Below, in pieces: positions 21,408 through 35,700 of a stretch of DNA of 64,000 nt. The stretch lies in the NCBI GenBank assembly GCA_053919585.1, contig CM132789.1. One strand, written 5' to 3'. The position numbers were made by a program, and so were the translations under genes. The first letter of the stretch is position 1. The number at the start of each line of letters is the position of its first letter. The notes below the pieces were generated by a model. The model saw only the letters and a program-made list of their open reading frames with translations. It searched no databases and had not been told where the DNA came from. Source of the DNA: Euprymna scolopes. Lineage: Eukaryota.

Positions 21408-24400
21408 CTGAAAGAAAAATGAGATTTTTTTTGTAAATAATTCCAATGTTTTAAAATACAATTTGATTTCATTTGATTTTATTTACCTCCTTTCCGAAAG
21501 GTTAGACACAAGGTCTTGTGTGGGTTTGATGAAGGTGTTTGTGTAGAAGAACTGAATTCGAACTTGGCACTTATCCAACGTCACTTCCTCTAGGAATTTA
21601 TATGGTGAACTACTATACTATTATTCAAAGCTTTTGTAGTATTAGTAGTATGTTCTGTTACCCCTGTTTTATGTCAATAATAATGCATACCAAATTTGGT
21701 GGAATTCTTTCTTACTTTTGTTATGTGACTGTAGTTACAAAGGAGAACGAAGATACAGAAACTTTAGTTGAAACAACACCATGATGATTATTAGTAGAGA
21801 AAATGCAATAGAATTTGATTATTTAAGAGAAAGGCTTGAAAGTGACCATGTTGTAATCAGCTGGGAAGCAGTCATACAGTATTATATTCAACAGACAGGC
21901 AGTTCTAGGAAAGAAATTTTGTTCATGGAATTTTCGTTCAGTTTGAAGCACCGATAGAGATGTGAAAATTCTGAGTGTTTGTTGTGAATGTTTGTGACAA
22001 GGTCATGAAAACAAGCATCCAAGGATGACGAGTGCATATTGTAAAAAGTCGCCACCGACACTCAAACTCAAAACCCGACTGATAGGAAATGAAAAGGTGA
22101 CATATGCAAATTAAGACGCTGTCGAATTTGAGCATATAAAAAAGCCGGTATTTCTTTCATTGGCAAGAACATTTTTTTGTTGACTCAGTCGTTTGAACGT
22201 ACGATTAATTCGCATGTCAGTGGGAAGAAAGAAACACTGATTTTCTACGAACATTGAAACAGGTAAAAAAAAAAAGAAGGATTGTCGTTTTTGCATGTGT
22301 CGAGAACGTTGCAAGCTGAAGAAATATTTCTTTTTTATTTTTTGCATGAACATTTAACAGTATTTGGCAGTTAAAAGAAAAACTTAAAATTCTTTTTTTT
22401 TACAAAGGAGTCACCACTTATTAAGGCCCGAAGGCCACTCGAGGATAAGGATTAATGTATGTACAGTAGTTAATGGGAAAATGTTGTAGCAGTCGTTTGT
22501 AGTGAAAATTTGCCAAATTGGATTACTTAAGGAGGTGGTTCATTAAGAACTTGTTCATGTTGGACTTGAAAAGAATCATATTGTAGTCAGTTGGAAAGCA
22601 AGAAAACGAAACAGTTTTAAGAAAGAAACTTTGTTCATGGAATCTCCGTTTAGGTTTAGGCACAGATAAAGCATGGGGGAAATTACTGATAGTAGTTTCA
22701 GCTAGACAAGTGTTTCTGTGAAAGTCAGACCCGGGGGACCACAGATTCGAGCTCAGACAAGCACTTGCCATGAAAATAATGATAAAGCAGAGACAGGCTC
22801 GCAACATCTTTTCTGTGGGAAAGAGGTTGCAGGGAAGAGAAAAGGCTATGGAGTTTATTTTGAACTGTCAAGGCAGAATAAGCTGCTTCTAGCAGCTCCT
22901 GCCCTCATGTGGCAACAGTACTCCATTTTTGGACATACTCGGCTCATATACAAGTAGAGAATTGCATCAGTAGTGAGATATCTACTGGAGTCGTAGAATG
23001 ATCATACAATTTTTCCAGCGATCTTGGCAATGGATTTGATGTACATGTTCCATCTCAAATCAGGAGTAAAGGTCAAACCTAGAAGCTTGTCAAAACATGG
23101 AGCCTCCCCAGGACGAGAGCCATTCATTTCAATTGATGCCAAAGCAGCGATCAGAGCGTTGATGATGGAAAGATAGAAGCTTGATTTTAGATGCATTAAA
23201 ATTAACCAGCCACCTCTTTCCCCATTGTACCACATGCACAAGATCGGAGGATAAAGAATCAGAGAAAACATGGTTGTTTACGGCGTTTGGAGTGTTTCCA
23301 TAGATGGTAGTGTCGTTGAATTATTTAAGAATTTGACTTGGTAGATGGTTGGGGGGGGGGAACCCATTTGCCCAAGCATCTCAGAGATATAAGGATGATA
23401 TACTCAAACAGTAAGTGTAGTTGTGACGATTTACTTATTTCCTTGGACCCAGCAAGATATAATAATGGGTTTGTTGTCGGTAGCATCTGGTTTCACTATC
23501 TGATTGGCTCTTGCTATCTCTATTTTTTTGATGTGTTATTTTTTTTAATATGTATTTGTATTTCTCTTTTTGTGAGGGTTTACTATTATTAGGGCTTGTC
23601 ATGACTAGCTGATTGATCAGATTGGGTCTCTCTGATCGCCCGTCTAGCCGAAGTATGGGCCAAAGTGTAGTGTTGCAAAATCATGGCCACTTGGATCCAG
23701 GTCATGAGGTGCTCAGCCACCAGGATTCTGTTCTAGAGCATTACGAGTCACCACCTACATCCAACAGGTGGCCCCATTGAGGGACTTTTACCCTCTGCAT
23801 GGGGGCAGTTTGTGTATTCTGGAGCCTCACCAACAGGGCCTTTAAATGAATAAAGTTTTTATGTTTCACGTTCTTCAAGCGTTTCTTTGTGGTGTTTGGT
23901 TTAGTCATTTTATTTCATAGTACATCAACCCCTTTGGGCTATTCATGTTGCATTTTGTTATTTTGTAATCTTGTTGCGTCCAGTCATTCTTTAAGCTTCT
24001 TGCATCTTCATTTGCTAGTTTCTAGTGTTTGGTTTGATTGTTTTATAGTGGATTTTGTCGTTTTTGTTGGCTGCCCAGCAGAACATGAATGAGTTCTGCA
24101 ATGGGAGAGGGAAAAGTGTAAGAGTATGTTTTTGGTACATTTTAAATTAGGAAATCAGTCAGGAAGTGGGGGAGGTAGAAAGAAAAAGGAGAAATGGGAA
24201 GAAGGAAAGGGGAGGGTTGTTTTTTTTGTTTTTGGTTTTGTTGTTTGTTTTTTAACATAATTAAGTTTTGCAAAAGGAAGTAGAAAAACAAAAACCATCA
24301 AATGTTAGGGGCATTTTGTCTCAGGAGGCCAATATCTTCAGACAGTCTGATCCAGTAGCACCAGCAAAATTGGTGGGAACCAAGCCACTGCTTAGGTACG

Positions 24401-27400
24401 TTCTTTATTACTCTATTAAAGTGGCTGCTGGCAGTTCTGAAGGCGACTTTAATCTCAGTACATCTATTATGTTGGAAGCAATGAAATAGTGATTTCTGTG
24501 TGCAATGCCAGCAGCACATTCTGGAGAGAACCATGACTGGCTGTTAGGTTTTTGCTGGAATTCTTTGGAAGGTATGAAGCGGTCTATACCTACAATTAAT
24601 CATTCTTGAACATGTCACCAGTATTCGTCAGTTCAAAGAATTTTAACTTCAACACTTCAAAGTTTTATAGGAGAGGAGCAATAGATTAAAGCTCAGTGAA
24701 GCACTTGCCATGAAAATAATGACAAAGAAGAGATAGACTGACTAGAAAAATAATGTGAACTGATGGGCCATCCATTGAGCTGGCATTTAACTGTTTAAAA
24801 CAGGAAAAAATGAGTTTGTGAAGCTAAAAATAAAAAAGACAAAATTCTGTTTGTTATACCTGCCTCCCACCAGTCTGTCTCTACAGCTACAGGTCAATAC
24901 TGGTGATATTTTCTTTTTATTTATAATGGATTATAACAATCCTTTATACTTTCTTTTCTTTATTACCAATAAGTGTTAATAAAGAGAGAGAGAGAGAGAG
25001 AGAGAGAGATCGAAGCAAGAGTGATAGATACCGTACAAAATAAAAGGGGGGGTATCAAATAGCATACAGTGAGAGGGTGAGAATGATAGATATTTAATAA
25101 CAGATGGGTTAATTGCAAATTATGGCTGATTAGAACAATTACAATAGAAATTATGAACAAAACAAAAACTGGTCAAAAAACAAATATATAAAAAATAAAT
25201 GTTACCAAAGGCAAGATAAGTTACTTTTCTAATCTATATGGATAAGTTTTTAATTTATTTTAGTGTGTTTATCTATTTTAAAACAAAAATAGTGTGAGTT
25301 TGAATTTAGGATCATATGGAGATTCTTGATAATTGCACAAAAATCGAAAATTTAAAAAAATACTGGTAGAAATCTATGCAATAAATGTCACAAATCATGC
25401 AAAAATTTAATGTTCTACTAGCATTTTGTTTAATTTTCGATTTTTTAACGATCATCGAAACTCCGAAGATAATCATCTAATGACAGTCATTTTTTTTCTT
25501 CTTGTTCTAACTTACGACTCAACATTACTTTTGTTTTAAAGTAAATAAACACTTTAAAATAAATTAAAACACAAAAAACTTATTCAGGTAGGTAGAAAAG
25601 TAACTTACCTCGCCTTTGGTAACATTAATTTGTTTGTGTGTTCGCCACTTTTTCATTTTGTTGTCTTAACTACAAAATATCTGAAAATGTTTTCAAACAT
25701 AACTGAATCCCAATACTGAGGAATATTTTAGCATGTAATTTTGTGTGATTAAAATATATAAGGGATAAAAAATTTGGGGAAAACAAAATTTGATTAACTA
25801 TGCTTTAGTATAATAAAAGGTACTTGTGAAAAAAAGAAAAATTACATTAGAAAAAATTTAAATAATTATTTGAAATTGGAAACTGTACCTGAGGGCCTGG
25901 GTTATAACGTTCATTCCAGTCAACGTTTTCCTCAATGGCCGTAACAGACAAGGCTGATTCAGCATTGGGTTGAGTTCTACCAGCCTAAGAAAGAAGAAAT
26001 ACATTAATTTAGTTACATTTTACTGTCAGTCAAAATTTATGACAAGGCCTTTTTCTACAATGAGTAGTGATATGGCTATGCATGACATTTTGTGTTGGAG
26101 CCGATACAGTTTTAGGGAAAATATTTTTTTTTAAGGGGTGAGGGACAGAAAATTATACTAGAAAGGGTTAGGATGAAACCTGGTAAATTTAGCCAATTAA
26201 AATCATACAATGTGGCACTTGAATAAGATCACTGGCCAAATCCCATATATAAAGAGGAGCAAGAGAGGACACCTGGTCCGTCCAAATAATATAGCTAGAT
26301 AAGCTGAAAAGTAATATTTTTTGCTACAAAAAATGAAAAAAAAAAAAACATGTCCAGAAAAAATTTCAAGTACTGTTGATAGGCGCTTGCTGGAGTTTCA
26401 ATCTATGTCAAAACACAATATATAAAAATATAACAATATATCATTATTCTTGTTGACAGTTATGGGTGGCTGGGTTTTAGGAGGGAGATGGACAGATGGA
26501 AATTCGATGGGTTGATTCTTCTCAGGGGCCCAAATCATCAACCAACAACAATATACTTTTCAGTTGTTATTATATAAGCATTTGTGACCATCTGAAACAT
26601 ACCTTTGAGATGGTATTGTCACTGTAACCACACCCCAAGAGCATTCTATTTATCCATCGTCATTTCTCTGGATGGACTTGACTTTGATTACACTTGTGTA
26701 ACCTTTTGCTAAAAATGATCTTTCAAGCATACTTTTCTTTTCTTTCTGACAATCGATCAAGTTTGTTGATTCTTCTTGTGGGTGCCTCTCAGGTTTATAA
26801 TTTTTATTCAAATGATGTTTTGATACATTTGATAATTATTTTATTGTTCTTGTTAGTGTATGCTTTTGTCAAAAACGATTTCTTGGTACACACGACCTAG
26901 ATATGAAAAAGATGTCAAGTTCATGATTTTTATTCAAATAAAGTTTTGGTACATTTGATAATTATTTTATTGTTCTTACTAGTGTATGCTTTTGTCAAAA
27001 ACGATTTCTTGGTACACACGACCTAGATATGAAAAAGATGTCAAGTTCATGATTTTTATTCAAATAAACTTTTGATACATTTGATAATTATTTTATTGTT
27101 CTTACTAGTGTATGCTTTAATCAAAAACGATTTCTCAGTACCAGTACACACAGCCTAGATATCCAACACTAGCATTCCACCAGACATCAGAGGGCTGTCA
27201 TAGTTAAAGTAAGGGATGGAGCCTGTCAGTTCAAGGAAAGATTTAAAAAATTGTTTTTTTGATGGGGGAGGGGGCATTTTTATTTCTCACTTTTTTAGGG
27301 GTAGGGATGGAGGGATTCAAATCTGCCCTTTTTTTGCTCTCATTATTATTATTATTACATTTATTAAAGTTTTGTAAATAGATATAAATCTTGATTGCAA

Positions 27401-30400
27401 ATAAATAAATCCACCCCAAAATTAAAATGTTTAGTAAATATATAAACGCGTTCTGTCATGAAAATCTACTTGAAAATTCAAGTTTTTTAAATATATAAAT
27501 GCAAAAAAGGCAGATTTGAATAACTCCTAAAAAAGTGAGTAATAAAAATGACTCCCCTCTAAAAAAAAATAAAATAAAATAAACTTTCCTTGTGTGGACA
27601 GTACTCTTAGTAGGATTGACTTGTTTTTTTTTTTTTTTTTTTACTTGTAAACAACAGCAACAATTTTAAATGTGATATTCATTCAGAACAGACGCAAATA
27701 CCTCATAACATTAACTTTTTAATTGTAAGTCTTCATTTGGTAAAAATATCAACCCAAAGTTTGAGTTAAGTAGTTTTATTAAAAAAATATCAACCCAAAG
27801 TTTGAGTTAAGTTTTATTAAAAAAATTTATAAATAAATGCATTTTCAATAAAAAATCAATCTTGATTATGAATAAATAATATAACTCATTATTATTTATC
27901 TATTATTTTTTATGCCATGTTGTAAAGTTGGCAAGAAAAAAGGAAAGAAAACATACTGAGGATGGAATTTAGCTCTGAAATATATCTGTTGGTTGGTTGT
28001 TTTTGTTTTACGGCATATCAACCATTTTCGGGTTATTTAATGCCGAATCCAAAGATTTTGAAGAAAAAATTTTTTAATAGAATATATTTGTTGTTTTCAC
28101 GTTGGTTTCTATTTAACCTATAGTTGGGACCCTAACAGGTACTACCACTCCGGGTCAGAGTGGACCTGGGAGCAATGGTAATTAAAGAGTGGCTCCACAC
28201 TCCCCAAAGCCTGCAAGCTGGGGCCTCACCACTGGATATAGTTTAAGGTCATATCCAGGACCCCCATTGAGGGACTTTTACCCTCTGCAGGGGGGCAGTC
28301 GGTGTATTCTAATGCCCCACCGACAGGGCCGAAATATATCTGTTATAAATTTCAAACAAGTGAAATATTTGTTTATTTTCCTAATATTATGTTGTGATTT
28401 GGCTTTCAACTGCACTTGATGCATATTTTTATTCAAATTAAATCAACATTTCAATAGGAACTCACACCCTGGACGCTATTATATATTTTAATAAAAATAT
28501 CAATCCAAAGATTAATTAAAATTGCGTAAATATATAAAAAAACACACTCTTGGTCTCAAAAATTTGCTTGAACGTGCCAGGATGATGGTTAAACTGGTGC
28601 CAACCAATGTTTGTCCTTTTTCTAAGTGAAGCTGGTCAGGGTCCTTATTCCCTAACTCGTTCATATATTTTAGCTGCTAAAAGTTTTAGCTTAAATAAGC
28701 ATAATCATCAAACTACAAACATTTCAGCATTACCCAGTCAATATCCAGCAATATTAGCTGTGAGTTAAAATAAATAAAATCAGGGCTAAGAAATGTTACT
28801 TAACAGGATTTTAAATAGAACATAGAAAAAAAAAAATGACATGGGTCCCACTCTCTCTCAACCAAACGAATAAAGAAGTGGGGAAGGAAAGAGTCTACCT
28901 TAAGTTCTTCAAATAATTCAGCAGTTGCATAGGGACTTTGGCACCAGAGAATCCTTAAAGATGGGAAATGTATTGTCAGAAGTGTGAGACGAGAGGTGAT
29001 ATCATTCATAGATACTTCGCTGGATAATTTGGATTTGCCCTGGTGAGAATGGGGATAAAAAAAAGAACAATTAAAAAAAAACAAAAAAAAACATGGTAAA
29101 TAACTCAATATCAAAGGATCTTTTAACAGTGTTTTTTTTACAATTTTTTCTTTTCATACGTACACATAAAAAAACATAAAATTATGTCTGCATAAATAGA
29201 ATGGATGGCGGAAATCAATGAACTCCCATCCATTTCAGACTGAAATGACAAGGTTTATTTTTGTAATATTTTAGCACGAAAATTGGTTCTTGTCCAAAAT
29301 TCCCATATAAAAAAAAATTTTTTTTTAATCTGTGACGAAACGAAAATACCATATTTCAAAAATCAAATATATTAATCAAGTAGTTTTATTTTTATAAAGA
29401 AAATCATTTTTAAGTGATTAGGAGTTTGTAGGCATTACAGCATAAATCTAATAAGTATGAAGTATTATTAGATTATCTCCCTTTGTTTCTTGATTTTTTT
29501 TTTTTTAAATGGCAGTCAAGAGTCATTCCTCAGATCTCATAAAATTTGATTTTCTTATTTAAAAATAAAACTACTTGATAACTTTACATAATTTTTCTTA
29601 TATATTTTCGTTTTTTCACGAATATGGACATCATACAGGTTTTCTTTTATTTTTGTTTTTTAATATTAGAGGGAATTCTGGACAAGAACCGAAAAATTAT
29701 ATATGAGTAGGCGAAAATCATGTTAAAACGGTACTTTCTATTTAAGGTGAGAGTGGAAAATTCCATCAGGAGTTAAGTTAGAGGTTCGGGGAAAACATCA
29801 TGGACAGGAAGTTTGAAATGTGATATATGATGAAGTGAGAAAGATCTGCCTCATTTGGCCTCTGAGCTGACTGTTTTTTTCCGAAACTCTTCATTCACAC
29901 TTTTGGTAACAGACAAGGCGAAACTCGTGTAATCCCATTAAAGAATAAAGCAACAGATCAGGAATCATTGAGCAATCTTTTTTTTTTTTTTTTTTTTTTT
30001 TTGCAGTTACAAAGATAGAAAACACAGAAACTTTGCCTGTTACCATCACTACTACGTCACTATCCAATGAGCCATCTACTACATGACAAACAGCTGTTAT
30101 TGTTGATAAGAAGATAAAAGAAATCCCTCGTGTTATTTTACAATAGTTGCACCTCTCTTTCTCACGTTTGTATCAGAAGCAGAACAATAACAAACATTAT
30201 AGTTTTGGATTTTCATAATTTCTTTTATAGTGTCTTTTATTTATTACACAGTATTAGTTTTCCCCACGACTCCCCAATAAAGGATAGAGAAAGAATACTT
30301 CAGGTACTTGCCCAGAATTCTCTCTATGTTGAAAAACAACAATAAAGAAAAATCTGTATGATGTACATACCTGTATTAGAAAGAAAACATTGTATTCCAA

Positions 30401-30900
30401 AAATCACATAAATTGATCACATAGTTTTTTTTTAAATAAGAAAATAAAATTTTATGGTTAACCAAGGAGAGATTGTCTCAAGACACCATTTTGAAAACAG
30501 GCTGAAGGAACAAAGAAGAGAACTCCATATAATTAAAACTTGTGAGATTTTAGAAAGTGAGTTTTAACATTGATAAATAGAGAACTTACCATCAAAGCAA
30601 AACATTTGTTAGGATCAAATTCTATGAGTAGAATTGGTTTCTTATAATAACGACACATCGAAACGCACTGGTTGTAGAGGCGGCCATTGTTTAGGGACCC
30701 AATCAAATCACTCACACTTTTCCTCTCTACACAAATATCAGGCGTCAAAATGTAATCTCCAACCTAGAGAAAAATTGGAAGTAAAAAATTTATGAATGAA
30801 ATTCAAAACATGACAATATTTTTATCATCAAACAAAGAATTATTCCATTTTAGTTAAATTTTAACATTTAAATCAAACTCTAAACTTGATATAACTTTAG

Positions 30901-30945
<45 letters not shown>

Positions 30946-31127
30946 GTAAAAAGTGGAATAAAAAGTGATCAATATGTTAGTAGAGCTGAATATGTTTTTA
31001 TTTTTTTTCTCCATCTGACAAAACAGACAGGGTATTCCCCTGTCTATGGAAACAACTGCAATGGACTAAGTTAATATCTTGGGGTTGTAAAATAACAAAA
31101 ATACATATATATACATATGTGTGTGTG

Positions 31128-31186
<59 letters not shown>

Positions 31187-32658
31187 AATATGCTTATGCA
31201 ATTATATTTCATCCTTTTTTATAAAATTCAATGAAAATCAAAGATGGCATAAATATCATAAAACACAACAGCACCTTCCAATTTTTTCTGATTTATGTAA
31301 TCATGTCCATATTCTTTTTATTTTCTTTAAAAGTTAATGAGATCTTGTTCTGACGAGTCAAGACAAAAAATATTAAAAAATTGACATCTTAACTATATGA
31401 TTGTTTCTGCACTACAAAACAGGTGCTATCAAAATTGAACATTTTAATATGCTGAAAGAAATAAACGGTAACATGAACAACATGTTGGAATTTGGACTAT
31501 AGACTTTTTGTCTCTTATTTATTTATATATTTTATTTCCATTTCTTTAGTTTCATTTTGTCTATAGAGAATTTCAAACTGAACATTTCATAGGGGTAGAT
31601 TATTCTCATTCTCTCAGTTCAAAATAGAATAGCAGGAAAACTTATCAGTGAAAAATATTAGTATGCACCAAAAATTATGGTAAATAAGTGAGTAGAATTT
31701 TAATAAGAAATAAATTTATTCTTTGGAGTCTTTAAACTCTGAATGACATTGGCATCAAGCCAGTGTGTCATAGAAGACTATCTGCTTTCTTCTAAAATAA
31801 AGATGGCACACTGGCATGTACGAATTCGTGGGCTTTGAATAATAAATTAATTTTATTTTGTATTAAAATTTTACTCAATTTTTCACTGATTAACATTAGA
31901 TCTTTTCTTTCTAATCAAAGCTTCTGAGTAACTCTGGATGGCGTTTTCATTCTCTTTTTGTATCAATACTGGCGTTTTACAGGCCAACACGGATTCTTCA
32001 CTATATCAATGATCTCCCAGAGAATATTATGCAAAAATTTAACACCTATGCTGATGATAGCAGTCTCTATTATCATATTGCTTCTCGCCTATCTCTCTCA
32101 GATCATTTGAAAGATAGAGCTAATCTAGAAGTTGACTTGGATACAGTTGTGAACTGGGGTATAAAATGGCTTGTTTCATTCAGTTCAGACTTTTCTGTAA
32201 CTTTTGGTGCACACTAATATTTTTCATCTAATATATAAACGGCTATATATCTGTCTGTCTCCCTCCATATTTTCAAACTCTATCTCCTCCGAAACTAAAA
32301 GTCGCAGAGCGGCGCTAGGGGCCTCAAATGATTGAATTTTTATGGAACATTCCTTTATGGGTCTTTAGCTGGTTAAAATTGTTTTTAAGGGGTCAAAAAT
32401 GTGTTAAAATTGTTTTTAAGGGGTGAAAAATAGGTCAAAATTGAAAAAAAAATCGTTAAACATTTTGTACATTCATCTTAGTTTATTTTTAATTTTTAAT
32501 CAATTCATTGATACAGTGGTAATGTCACCAGCTTTGAATGCTACAGTTTCGGTTTCGATTCTAGCTTATGGCAACTAAATTCTTTTTCTTTTACTTTTGA
32601 AATCACGACTATAGTAATATATACAAAGCAAAGCTGGGCACCCCCCCTTCTCCCCCTA

Positions 32659-32707
<49 letters not shown>

Positions 32708-35700
32708 CTCTCTTGGAATAAATAATATCGTTAGAATTCAAAGATTGGACAGTTAAAGGCACGTTTCTTCATTTTTATTTACGGTTTAATTTTTAATTTT
32801 TCGTTTATATGTGTATATGTACTGTGTGCATGTGTGTATGTGCATACTTATATGTGTATATATTTAAAACTGACGTGGCACCTTCTCATTGGCTATACCT
32901 CCTTCTCCTCCTCCTCCTTTCTTCCTTCCTTTTCCATTCCCCTTTTCCCCGTGTATGATCATACTTTCACTACACCAATGAAGACTGAAGGATCGGTCGA
33001 AAATTATGTACCTGTAAAAATAGTTTTTTAATTTTTTTTTCATATTATTTTGTATTCCTGCACGTCACCAATTGAAAACGAATAAAGAAAAGTTATAAGC
33101 TTTTATACTTTTCATATTCTGTTTTATACATTTCCATTCATATATATATATATTCAGAAATTTTGCTGTTATTTTATTCTGAATAGCCACACTTCATTTG
33201 AGTCTCAATATTAATAATCGCCATTATTTTTAATTACGATGGTCGTTCCAAAAGTAAGGCCTCCTATTTTTTTAACTCAAAAACTAAAATGTTGAAGAGC
33301 TATGAAGACAGGAGCAATATCATTAAAATGAGCATCTTTTAGTGCTCCAGAATTTATTTTTCTACATAGTCACCACCATTCTCAATGCACTTTTGTCAGC
33401 AATGAACGAGAGCCTTGATGCTTCAGTCATAAAAGTCAGACACATGCTTTGTCACTCGCATTTTTGTCACTATTTTGAAATCGCCAAAGCCATCTCTCCC
33501 AAGTGTGCTGACATCAACTGCATTAGCTTCATAAACATTCAACAGGTGCCGGTAAATGTTAATTGGTTCAAATTTTTTCTGCATGGAGGAATTTAATCAC
33601 GCATCTATTTCTAACACACATCCCTGACAGAGGTTGTTTTTTTAGAGTCTCACACCAATATTTGCAACAGAGAAATGAAAGTTTCAGTCATGAATGCATA
33701 AGGTCAGTCATCATAACAATTTTTTTTAGTGAGTATTCAGATAAATGACAGAGCATATGATTAGGTGAATATGCAACGTAAAGCCAGATTAGATCCAGAA
33801 TATTAGATCAGACACTTAAGAAATTGGGTATCTCAAAACTTGATGTCCTAATGAGGACAAACCATCTTTGCTGGTTCATATATTGAAAGAAACAAAGGGT
33901 GAGTATAAATAAGTATATGTGTGTATCTTTTAGTCTACAACCCTCTCTTCCCCGAGAATCCAATGATGTCATTAGAACTTATCATTTCAAATGTGTTTAA
34001 TACTTACATCAATGGTAATAGGCTCGATTTTAATACCTCGTTTATGAATCAAAGAAGGCAACTCGCTTCGAAATTCTCGCATATCAACAATAATCTAAAT
34101 AAAATGAGAAAACAATTTTATCATTTAAAAACAATTATTAATAACATGTATGAACTGAAATATTAGATTGCAAAAAAATAATTCATCGAAACCTTATGTT
34201 TTTAATTTTTTAACATATGACTCGATATAAGAAACAATTTTTAGGTAAAATGTCTTTATTCATCGACAAAGTCACCTTCTAGAGTATTCCATAGATTCCA
34301 ACATTTCTCTAACAATTATTTGTAGAACGTTTTGTCATTGGCTTTAAAATATGCTTCAGTTTCCAATATCACTTCTTCATTGCAGTCAAATAAATATTCT
34401 TTTAAAGTCTGCAAACAGTCAGTAGCTCCTAGAGCAGTTATAGAGAATAGAGTGGGTGTGAAAACAATTTGAAATAAGATTCATGTAGTTTTGTTATTGT
34501 TGCAGTCAACTTGTAATGTGGTGCATTGTCTTGGTGAAAGAGTTTTTTTTTCTTTGTGGCTGATTGTTGACATATTCTTCTTTTGCATAGACCAATAGAT
34601 TATTTTCCGTACTTGTACAGTTTAATCAAGACATTAAAAACTGAAAATATCAAAAAAAAAGAAGAAGGTTATATTGTACGTATCCATTTTAGACTGAAGA
34701 TCTCCGAAAAAAAATTTCACTTGATTTGATCAAATAGTTTTCTTTTTACAGCAAAAAACCCCATTTGTTATGATATCGAGTAAAAGGTTCGATTTTTAGG
34801 AAGAAAAGCTAGTATTAAAGATGGGGAGGGAGTGTCAGCGCTTTAAATTGAGTTATCTCCCCATGGTGTGTTCTAAAAATATAAACAAAAATTTAATTCA
34901 AAGATGTCTACCTTCAATGTGCTGTCATAAAACATGTTTTTCCGCCGTAAAAAAAAAAAAAACTACTCCATCAAATTAAGTGAGATTTTTTTCGGAGATC
35001 TTCAGTCCAAAACGGATACATACAATATAACCTTTTTTCTTTCGATATTTTCATTTTTTAATGTCTTGATTAAACTGTACAAGTACCTTATTTTCTATTA
35101 ATATTCAAAAATGACAGTTTGTAGGCAAGCAGTGTAAGACAATGAAAACGGTTGAGAACTTGAATGTGGAGAAAGTATATTTTATTTGTGAGGTTATTTA
35201 TTCAGATTTAAAGTTTTCTATTTATTTAATTGTTAAATTTTTAAAATAATTTCTAGATTTTTATCATATATATGTATAAAAAAAAAATGGTAGTGATTTA
35301 CATTCCAATGATCAAAAATCAGAATCAGTCCACAGTCATGACTTTTGTTATTTTTTTTAATTATTGTTTAAATTTTTTATTTTCAAACCATTTTACTTAT
35401 AGGCGAATGCCTATATTTTTTCATAAGTGCCTGAATAAATTAAACATTGCTGCCTAACACCAATCTCCATTCTAACAGATAAATCTTGGCAGAGGGGTGC
35501 TGTAGGTATCACCTTTCAATAAGTTTTTTTTTTCAAGTTTTCTGGATTTCTGTCATTCTTTCTTTAGATTTGATTCATATTTTTTTTATTCATTCGTTTG
35601 GTACAATTTGTAATAATATCTATTTGTGTCTGATGAGTTGCTTTATAGCACCATGAACCATATCACCCGTCACAAAAAACATGTCAGACACTTATGAAAA

